From contig CAVTTN010000002.1 of the NCBI GenBank assembly GCA_963737655.1, forward strand, positions 2,560,001 to 2,624,000: 64,000 bases of DNA, in the 5' to 3' direction. Below the pieces are notes generated by a model that saw only the letters and a list, made by a program, of their open reading frames with translations, ran no database searches and had not been told where the DNA came from. The position numbers were made by a program, and so were the translations under genes. Every line of letters starts with the position of its first letter. Position 1 is the first letter of the stretch. The stretch comes from an uncultured Planctomycetota bacterium (GTDB lineage: Bacteria; Planctomycetota; Planctomycetia; Isosphaerales; Isosphaeraceae). Below are positions 53,081 to 61,333 of the stretch, piece by piece.

Positions 53081-53691
53081 CGCCTGCTCTCCCGGTTCGG
53101 AGGACCCCCGAGGCCGGCCCGCCGTGGTGACGGTCCAGTACGCCGTGGTCGGGGCCCTCGCGACCGGACGCATGCTCGCCGATCGGGACGATGCGCGGCA
53201 GTGGACGGCCGGCGGATGGGGCGGCCGGGACGCCCCCCGAGGCCCCGCGGGGCGGAAGCCGCTTCCGGGGACCGGGGCCGCGACGGTCGGAGGTGGGCGG
53301 TCGGTCTCGGCGTGGGGCCCCGGCCGTAGGGGCCAAGCCACGCCCCCCGGGCACGCCGGCGGGACGGCCGGCCGGCGGGCGAGGCCGGGGCCGGGGCCGA
53401 CGAGACGGGCCGGGGCCGGGGCCGGGGCCGGGGGACGTCACCCCCCCGCCCGGCCGGGCGGGGCGGGTCGGAGGTCGTCCGCGGCCCGGGGGCCGTGCCG
53501 AGACGCGGCGGGGCCGGGATCGTCGAAGCCCCCCGCCTCGGGTCGACAGCGACGACCGAACCGGCCGCCGAGCGGCGAGGCCCGCCCGGGCGGGGTCGGT
53601 CCCGAGGCACGCCCGAGTGGGAGGTCGGGCGGCGGCGAGGCGGTGGGTCCCCAGGTCGGTGGCGAACGATCCGTCTGTCCCTGAGGATCGA

Positions 53692-55094
53692 CTAACGCTC
53701 ACCATGGAGGGGATCATCCTCCGAATCGGAGGGAATCTGTCCTCCCAATGAACGTTTCGGGGTCTCTTGGGAGGGCTTCTCGCGGCGACCCCTGAGGAGG
53801 CGGGCGGCCACCGCGGCGGCCACCGCCTGGCCGGCGGGCGTCAGCGACCAGGTCGTCTCCCCGCCCTCGCGGCGGAACTCCAGCAGGCCGCCCTCGCGGA
53901 GGCGGTCCCGGGCGTCGCGGAGGGTCTTGGGCCGGTGGCCGGCCGCCCCGGCGCGGTCCTGGACCTCCCGGCTCGGCAGGGGGCGGCGGGCCAGCACGCC
54001 GAGGATCCAGTCCCCCGCCGCCGCGGTCTTCGGCGGCCTGGGCGGCGCCCCCGCGCCAGGTACCTCTCCGGGTCGATCGTCACGCGGGCCTTGCCCATCG
54101 ACAGGGCCTTGAGATTTCGGGGCGAGTGCTCCTCGAGCCATCGGGGCGGGCCCGCCGCGGCGGCCCGGGCCGCCATCGCCTCGAGCAGCGCCCGGGGCCG
54201 GCCGGGGCCGAGGCCGGGGGGCAGGCCGTCGAGCCAGTCGGCGACGTCGGCCTTCTCCGCCGGGGGAGGGAATGCCGGGTCGATGCCCGCCATGGCGTCG
54301 AGGTCGACGATGGTCACCGCGGCAGGCCGGGGGTTCGGTCGGCGGGCCTTGGCGACGACCGCCGCGGCCCACCGCCGCCCGGCCCTGTCGTGGTCGGGCA
54401 CCACGACGACCCGCCTGCCGGCCAGGGGCTGCAGGGTGGTCCGGCCGACGGCGTCGGCCCCGAAGGCGGGCGTCGTCGCGACCAGGCCGATCGCCCGGAG
54501 TCGGTCGGCGCACTGCTCGCCCTCGCAGACCCAGACCTCGTCGGCGGCCAGGACCTCGGGCAGGCCGTAGAGCGGGAGGCGCGCCCCGTTGGGCTGCTCG
54601 AGGGCCCATCGGCCGTCGGGGCGGCGGACGGCGGTCCGGAACTGCTTGGGGCCACCGTCGCGGGGGCGGAACCGGAGCACGGCGAAGTGCGGCGTGCCGT
54701 CGCGGCGGCGGTAGGGGTACGTCGCGACGTGGTCCCAGGGGCGGGTCCGCAGGACGTAGGCGAGGGCGTCCTCCAGGGTCGCGTTCAGCCGCCTACCCCG
54801 CCCGTGCGGCCCCGGGCGCGTCGAAGGCCGGGCGTCGGCCCATCGCGGCAGAGGCAGGCCGATCGCCGCGGCGACGTCCTCTCGCGGGCAGCCGGCGCGG
54901 CAACGGCAGGTCACGCCGCGGTGGTCGTGGGTCACGGCGAGCGAGGGGCGACGGTCGGCGTGCGCCGGGCAGGTGCCCTCGTACTGGGGCCGGCCGCCGC
55001 GGCCCGGGGCCGCCGGCCGGAGCCTCCGGTCGCCGACCTCGTACGCCGATCGGGACCGCTCGAACGCCTCGCGGCCCGCCGCCTCGTCCGCCAT
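53692..55094 (-). CDS. Zn-finger-Toprim primase-like protein with C-terminal winged helix, frameshift near 54050
   Basis: CPAH.D..PSL.V..C.C.AGC, Y.Y...DG, LYGL, VCEGE, PDHD.AG, KAD..DW; second frame WI..L...P.PS.EV..A..AG...TL..AR..L. Confidence 0.78.
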
Positions 55095-55483
55095 GGGCGT
55101 GCGCCTCCTCGCCCCCCCTCGCGACGCGGGGACGACCCCATTCTTCGGGACCGCGGCCCCGGGACGGCAAGCCGGACGCGTAGCCTCTCTTCCTGCCGGA
55201 CGGCGACCTCCGCGGGGGCGCCGAGGATCGGCGAGCCGACCGCCTCCGCCCTGCGTACCGGAGGGGCCGTGCCGGGATCGGGGTGGACGCGGCGTCCACG
55301 CCCGGGGAGGCTACACGTCATCGATCTCGGCGTCGCTCTCCAGTGGGTGGTACCCGGCCGGGGGCGTGGCGTCGTCCTCGTCGGGGCCCTCGCCGAGGGT
55401 GATGATGTAGCCGGCCGGGCCGGCCTCGGTGATGTCCTCGGCCCGGCTCATGGCTTCCTCAGACGCGAGGCCCATCCCTTGCC

Positions 55484-57643
55484 TCAGGGATTCGCCTTCG
55501 CCGGCAGCTTATCCACATCACTCCACAACGCCTTCCACTCCGCTCGCTCGGCGTCCGGCAGCCTGGAGAGGCCGGCCTCGTCGCGGACGCCGGAGAGGTC
55601 GGCGTCCTTCTTCCACCGGCCGAGTTTCTGCAAGATGACGGCCCGATTCTTCCCGGGATCGGCCTCCAGGGACCGCGACCACGCCGCCAGGTCCTCGCGG
55701 AGCCAGCCCAGGGCCTTCGCCCGCAGGGCCGCGCGGGCGGCCTCGTCGGGCTTCGGCTCGTCCTTGCCCTCGCCGCACCCGGCCAGCGACGCGGCGCAGG
55801 CGGTGTTGTAGCGATGCCCGCCCTGGCGGTCGTCGCCGAGTCTTCGGGTCAGCGGATAGCGCCTCGCTCCGGAGCCGTGTGGCCCCGGCATGCCGGCCCT
55901 GATCGTAGGCCATCTGGGCCAGGACCAGCCCCTCGGCGGCATCCTTCGGCCGATCCGTCCCGGCCAGGACGCCCCGAAGCTGGCCCGCCAGCGCCACCAG
56001 CCGCTCGGCGTCGCGGACCCACTGATCCGACGGGTAGGACCATCCCTTCTGCTTCGAGCCGAGCTCGTGGCCGAGTCGGAGCTCGGCGAGCGACTCGATG
56101 TATTCGCCGCGACTTCGAAGGAGATGCCCCAGGTTGCCGTGCGCGTCGGCGTACTTGGGGTCGATGCGGATGGCGTCGCGGTAGGCCGCCTCCGCCTGCG
56201 ACGCGCGGCCCTGGGGGAGGAGGGCGTTCCCGAGGTTGTAGTGCGCCATGGCGTGCTTGGGGTCGAGCCGGATGGCCTCGCGATACTCCACCTCCGCCTC
56301 CTCCAAGCTGCCCCGGGCGCGGAGCTTGGCCCCGAGGCAGACATGCGCAGTGGCGTTCTTGGCGTCGAGGCGGATGGCCTCGCGGCCCTACTGGTCGATC
56401 AGGAAGGCCCCGCCGCCGACGACGGTCGCCACCATGAGCGAGGCCGCGGCGCCGATCGTCATTCGCAGGCGGGCGCGGTCGGCCCGGGCCTTGGTACGTT
56501 CGGCCTCGGCTTTGGTCCGCTCGACCTCGGCCCGGGCGTCGGCCTCGACCCGGGCGATCTCGGCGGCGCGGAGCCGGGCCTGGACGGCCGCCAGGTGCGA
56601 GGCGATCGCTTCGGCGACCTCGGAGGCGTCGGTGGGGCGGTCGATCGGCTCCCGGGAGAGGCAACGATTGGCCAGGGCGATCAGGTCGGGGTCGGCCCCG
56701 CTCCGGTCGAGCCGGTCTCGGGCGTCGTCGAGGTCGGCGAACTCGGCCTTGCGGAAGGTCTCGGCGTGGTTTCGGCCGACGTAGGCGGGCTTGCCGGTCA
56801 GGATCTCGCAGAGGATGGCTCCGAGGCTGAAGACGTCGGAGGGCTTGCCCATCCGCTCGACCTCGCCGCGGGCCTGCTCCGGCGGCATGAACGACGGCGT
56901 GCCCATCCGCGAGCCGGCGGAGGTCTCGGCGGCGTCGGAGCCGTCGCGGCCGGAATCGATCACGCTGACGAGCGATTCCGTGTCGATGTGAGGCGCCGGC
57001 TCGGTCGTCCCGCCGGTGGTGAAGACCTTGGCGAGGCCCCAGTCCATCACCTGGACCTCGCCGAAGGCGCCAACCATGATGTTCGGCGGCTTCAGGTCGC
57101 GGTGGATCACCCGCTTCGAGTGGGCATAGGCGACCGTCTGCGCGATCTGGTGGAAGATCCCCACGAACCGGGGGAAGTCGTCGGCCGGCGAGGGCCGCTC
57201 CTTCAGGAGGGCCGTGAGGGTCCGGCCCTTCACGAGCTTCATGGCGAAGAACGGGCGGTCGTCGGGGAAGACGCCGATGTCGTGGATCGGGACGATCCCC
57301 GGGTGCTGCAACTGGCCGCCAATTTGAGCCTCCTCGAAGAACCGGCGGAGGATGTCGGGGCGGTCGCGGTGCCTCTCCAGGAGGACCTTGAAGGCCAGGT
57401 CCCGATTCAGCTCCAGGTCCCGGCCCTTCAGGGCCGCGCCCATCCCGCCGCGAGCGATCTCGCCGAGGATCTGGTATCGGCCGGCGGAGGCGGTGGGGTC
57501 GGGCCCTTCGGCTCCGGGTTCGGAGCCGTTCTCCCCGAGGTGGACGCTCGGAGGCTCCACCCCGGAGGGCGCGACGGTGTCCAGAGTCCGCGGGTCGTCG
57601 GTGAGGGAACGAAGGTCTCGGGCCACGGGTTGCTGTCGGGCAT
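55484..57643 (-). pseudogene. Ser/Thr kinase-TPR paralog with internal deletion, in-frame TAG (56388-56390) and frameshifts (near 57606 and 55841)
   Basis: Kinase domain closely similar to 45500-48799; the TM helix is joined directly to TPRs through a stop codon. Confidence 0.85.
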
Positions 57644-57816
57644 GAGGGCGGCCTCCCCGGCGTCCTTGAGATCACGTCGTCGTGAACCATCCGATGGACG
57701 GATCAGATTATCGGGGGCGGTGTCGCGGGTCCAGCCCACCCGACGGAGTCGGCGGCCCTCCGGGCTCGGGCGAGAGTCGGAAAAGGGGACGTTGTAGAAT
57801 GCCATGAAGTTAGTGG

Positions 57817-58460
57817 TTATTTCTTTATCGCGAAGAGGAGCAAATGCTCTTCCAGCATGATGTTGAGCTCCTCGGGGCCGTGGCGTGCGAGCGGACCCAG
57901 GGCGCCCTGGAGCACCCACAGCCCCGCCAGCATCCCGCCGGTCGTGACCGGCACACCCCTCTTGGTCTGCCGGCCGCTCAGCCGCATCAGCAGCGCCTTG
58001 AACCCCTCCGACTCCGCGTCGCGCCGCCGCCCCAGCGCCAGATCGACGCGCAGGCGGCCAGCGCGATCAGCTTCTTCTTCAGGACCCGCCCGCCGTCGCG
58101 CTGCAGCCGGCCCTCCAATTGCCAGCCGGCCGACTTGAGCAGCTTGTGCAGGCCCTCGATCCGCCACCGGAAGTCGGACCACCGGGCGACGGCCGCGGCG
58201 TCGCCAAGCTCGGCCGGCGCGTTGCTCAGCAGCAGCCAGCGGGCCAGCACGCGGCCCTCGAGGTCGCGGACCTCGGCCACCACCGGTCATCGCAGAACCG
58301 GTACGGTTTCTGGGCGAAGGAGGCCGGTCGCATGCCGGCGACCGAGGCCCCCGACCCCGGCGCGGTCGCGCAGCCGGCCTTGCCGAACCCCTTGACCAGG
58401 ACGGCGTAAGACCGCTGGAGCCGGACCTCCAGGCGGGTCGGAAGGAGATCATGCGATCTC
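57817..58460 (-). pseudogene. IS4-family transposase remnant, internally deleted
   Basis: ARWLLLSN..A...W...RWRIE..HKLLKSAG and L.RLSGRQ.KRG C-terminal motifs, preceded by a short RLQR.Y..LV N-terminal piece. Confidence 0.7.
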
Positions 58461-58576
58461 TTTTACCACCACCGCCGGACTTGAGTAGAGACCAATGCCG
58501 AGGGGCCGAGGTCGCCCGCTCATCCCGTGGGCACGGGTCCGCAGTCCGCGCAGGGCCGCCGATGCGCCCCCCGGGG

Positions 58577-58599
58577 GGCCTGACACAACGTGTCCGGCC
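58577..58599. promoter_or_regulatory. Candidate WYL operator (inverted repeat)
   Basis: GGCCTGACAC-AAC-GTGTCCGGCC, 10-bp arms with one mismatch, 125 bp upstream of the WYL gene. Confidence 0.5.
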
Positions 58600-58723
58600 T
58601 CGACGCTAGGATTGGCCCGGGGCGACGAATCGGGCGGCGATCACCGCCCTCCACTGGATCGGCGGATGAGGACTTGTCATGCTGGGCCGGCCCGAACCGA
58701 CGACCCGCCGGGGCCCCGCGACG

Positions 58724-59767
58724 ATGCCGCGAGACGAGACCTGCCTGCGCCGCCAGTGGGCGCTGCTCCGCGCCCTGTCGGCCGCAAGGACCGGCCTGAC
58801 CCTCCGCGAGATGGCCGCCGAGCTCGGCGTGACCGAGCGGACGATCCGCCGCGACCTCGACGTCTTCCGCGACGTCGGATTCCCCCTGGAGGAGCAGGTC
58901 GGCGACTTCGGCCGCAAGGCCTGGAGGGTCCGGCCGGGCGTCGGCCCCCCGCTGGCGTTCACCTTCGACGAGGCGGTCGCGCTGCACCTCGGCCGCAGGC
59001 TGCTGGAGCCCCTGGCCGGCACCTTCTTCGGGGACGCCTCCCTTAACGCGTTCCGGAAGATCCGCGCCGCCCTGGGCACCGAGGCCCTCCGCTACGTCGA
59101 TCGCTTCGCGGGCACCTTCTACCAGGCCGGCGTCGGCCTCGGCGACTACAGGGCCAAGGCCGAGCTGATCGACGCCCTGGTCGTCGCCGCCGAGGACTCG
59201 CGCGAGGCCCGGATCGTCTACCGCTCCGAGGGCGAGGCCGGGGCGTCGCCGCGTGAGGTCCGGCCCTTCGGCGTGGTGTACCACCGCGGGGCGCTGTACC
59301 TGGTCGCCGAGGACGCGGCCCAGGGGCGGATCAAGCACTACAAGATCGACCGGGTCGAGGAGGCCGAGGCCCTGGGCCGGAGGTTCGAGCGGCCCGAGGG
59401 CTTCGACCTGGCCGAACACATGGCCGCGGCCTTCGGCGTCTATCGGAACGGGGAGCCGACGGCGGTGAAGGTCCGCTTCGGGCCGGCGGCGGCGCGGTAC
59501 GTCCGCGAGGCCCGCTGGCACGAGAGCCAGGCCCTGACGGACCTGCCCGACGGCGGGGTCCTGGCCGAGTTCACCGTCTCCGGGACCGAGGCGATCAAGC
59601 GCTGGGTCCTCGGCTTCGGCGCCAAGGCCGTCGTCGTCGAGCCAGACGCCCTGAGGAGAGAAATCCAGCAGGAACTGGAGGAGACCCTTTCGGCCTACAG
59701 GGGCCCCGAATGCAGCAGCGCAACGCGAAGAGCCGCATCTCCGGTCGGCGACCGGCACCAACGCTGA
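58724..59767 (+). CDS. HTH-WYL-WCX transcriptional regulator
   Basis: E.A.ELGVTERTIRRD, R.V.P..V.Y..GALYLVA, YK.DR, and the WCX motif WVLGFG....V.EP..LR. Confidence 0.92.
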   Translation: MPRDETCLRRQWALLRALSAARTGLTLREMAAELGVTERTIRRDLDVFRDVGFPLEEQVGDFGRKAWRVRPGVGPPLAFTFDEAVALHLGRRLLEPLAGTFFGDASLNAFRKIRAALGTEALRYVDRFAGTFYQAGVGLGDYRAKAELIDALVVAAEDSREARIVYRSEGEAGASPREVRPFGVVYHRGALYLVAEDAAQGRIKHYKIDRVEEAEALGRRFERPEGFDLAEHMAAAFGVYRNGEPTAVKVRFGPAAARYVREARWHESQALTDLPDGGVLAEFTVSGTEAIKRWVLGFGAKAVVVEPDALRREIQQELEETLSAYRGPECSSATRRAASPVGDRHQR

Positions 59768-59815
59768 CCAGGCTCGTCCCTGGTTGGGCCATCGTCCTGG
59801 GCCTCCCGACTGAAG

Positions 59816-59916
59816 GGGGCGAACGCCCGGAGGCGTCGTGGTCAGGTGAAAGAGCGGGCCTTGCGACGACCTCGCTTTTCTGCTCAACGCCGATACGGCG
59901 TCTTCTGTCGAGTCGG
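59816..59916 (-). CRISPR. Degenerate mini-CRISPR (repeat-28 nt spacer-repeat), CreR/CreA-like regulatory crRNA
   Basis: Minus strand: CCGACTCGACAGAAGACGCCGTATCGGCGTTGAGCAG / AAAAGCGAGGTCGTCGCAAGGCCCGCTC / TTTCACCTGACCACGACGCCTCCGGGCGTTCGCCCC. Both repeats keep the GAYGCC-loop-GGCGTT stem of I-B/MYXAN repeats. Confidence 0.78.
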
Positions 59917-59961
59917 GAGTCGGCCCAGGACGGCCGGATACGGATTTTGCCAGAGGGCTGG

Positions 59962-60030
59962 TTGTCAGTCGAGCCTCCTCAGCCGATAGTAATGGCGGAG
60001 GTTCGAGCCTACCTCGCTTTTCGTTGGGAG
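59962..60030 (+). promoter_or_regulatory. Putative promoter/leader of the sigma-cas operon containing the mini-array target
   Basis: TTGTCA-17 bp-GATAGT; seed match 60011-60021 with minus-strand PAM ACG (60022-60024); RBS GGGAG 60026-60030. Confidence 0.6.
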
Positions 60031-60037
60031 ACTAGAG

Positions 60038-60606
60038 ATGTCGGGACCAATTCCGATCGACTGGACGCCGGGGTCGCCCTTCATGCGGCTGCTCCAGGGC
60101 CTCACGGCTCGTTTCTCGAGCCGATGGGGGCCGGACGATCCATGGGAGGCGCTCTCCGACGTGTGGCTGGGGATACGGCGGGCCTTCGACGGGCAGGGGT
60201 TCGTGGATCCGTGTAGCGGCCTCCTTCGGACGGTCGTGGCGCGAGGGGTCATCAATCACTTCCGAAGTCGCGGAGTCAGGCCGCCCCGTCAACTTGCCTT
60301 CTCCTCGTTGGAGGCCCCTGAGGCTTTGCAGGTCGCCTCGGGCCATCGGGCGCCCGTCGAGGAGGTGATCGCCCGCGAAGGACGTCGCCTGATCGAGGCC
60401 CGGATCTCTGGGATGCCCCCCGCCAGGGCCGAGGCCGTCCGATCCCGCCTGGGGTATCCGGGGGCCCCGAGCCCTCGGAACTGGCCCAGATGCAGGGCAA
60501 GACCCGCCAGAGCGTGTACAAGCAGGCCGAGAAGGGCCTCTCGGACCTCCAACACTTCGCCGAGAGTTATTGCCTCGATCCGCGCCCCCAGGCGACGCCG
60601 CGATGA
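60038..60606 (+). CDS. Sigma-70/ECF-like protein, frameshift near 60478
   Basis: Region-2-like D...EA.SDVWL..L.TV.AR..INHFR; EE.IARE....I...I..MP....A...R. One extra G gives the region-4 HTH SPRELAQMQGKTRQSVYKQAEKGL and a stop at 60606. Confidence 0.68.
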
Positions 60607-60622
60607 GGCGGAGGGAAAGACC

Positions 60623-61330
60623 ATGCCGACGATCGATCTTTCATTGGCCCTCCGGGGGGATACGATCCCCCTGGACTATGGGTATCCCCTCCTCTCGGCC
60701 CTGGCGAGGATCGTCCCCCAGATCCACGGGGACCGCAGGATCGGCGTCCACGGAGTCCGGGGCATCCGGCACTCGCCCCAGCGGCTGACGCTCGTGCGCC
60801 AGTCGCGATTGCGGCTGAGGATGCCGTCGGAGGAGATCCCGACCTACCTGGCCCTGGTCGGGGCCGAGATCGACCTGGACGGCTCCAGGTTATGGATCGG
60901 GCTCCCGGGGGCCGTCCGCGGCCCGGGGGGAGAGCGTGGGGCCCCGGTGGAGGCCATCCGGGTCGAGCCGCTCCGGCCCTCGGCGGACCTGTCCTCCCGG
61001 CTGGTCACGATCGGCCACTACCGCGAGCCGGGGCCGTTCGAGGAGGGCCTGAGACGGCAACTGGCCTCCCTGGGCGTCACCGCCGAGCCGAGCTTCCTCC
61101 CCTCGACCGACCCGAAGGGACGGGGCGGGCCCGAGAGGCGAGTCGTCCGGATCAAGGGGCGGAAGATCGTCGGCTTCCCGATCCGGATCTCGGGGCTGAC
61201 GGCTCAAGAGTCCATTCTTGTTCAGGAAAATGGGCTTGGATCGAGGAGGAGGATGGGCTGCGGCTTATTCGTCCCGACCCCGTCGCGATTAGCGACCGGG
61301 GCCCTTCCCCCGACCCCCTCCGAGGAGTGA
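60623..61330 (+). CDS. cas6: Type I-MYXAN CRISPR endoribonuclease Cas6 (Cmx6)
   Basis: IDL...LRG..IP.DYGY.L.SAL, L.L.G..I.L.G, L.SRLVTI and the G-rich loop GLG.RR.MGCGLF.P; own GGAGG RBS. Confidence 0.92.
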   Translation: MPTIDLSLALRGDTIPLDYGYPLLSALARIVPQIHGDRRIGVHGVRGIRHSPQRLTLVRQSRLRLRMPSEEIPTYLALVGAEIDLDGSRLWIGLPGAVRGPGGERGAPVEAIRVEPLRPSADLSSRLVTIGHYREPGPFEEGLRRQLASLGVTAEPSFLPSTDPKGRGGPERRVVRIKGRKIVGFPIRISGLTAQESILVQENGLGSRRRMGCGLFVPTPSRLATGALPPTPSEE

Positions 61331-61333
61331 GCG

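Noticed and set aside
56388..56390. Pyrrolysine or readthrough TAG in kinase 3
   Set aside because: It coincides with a deletion junction, and TAG is used as a normal stop elsewhere in the window.
57633..57643. 11-bp direct match CTGTCGGGCAT to the tRNA-Arg 3' end (30553-30563), a possible attR
   Set aside because: Short enough to be chance. It is the ATG-CCC-GAC start of kinase 3, whose leader continues beyond it. An excision junction in reads would revive it.
58488..58520. Third degenerate CRISPR repeat (CCAATGCCGAGGGGCCG)
   Set aside because: Lacks the GGCGTT stem half and the handle; it lies at the end of the IS4 remnant.
60038..61330. Novel sigma-Cas6 fusion protein (430 aa in the ORF track)
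   Set aside because: The linker is a frameshifted reading of a region-4 HTH, and cas6 has its own RBS and ATG.
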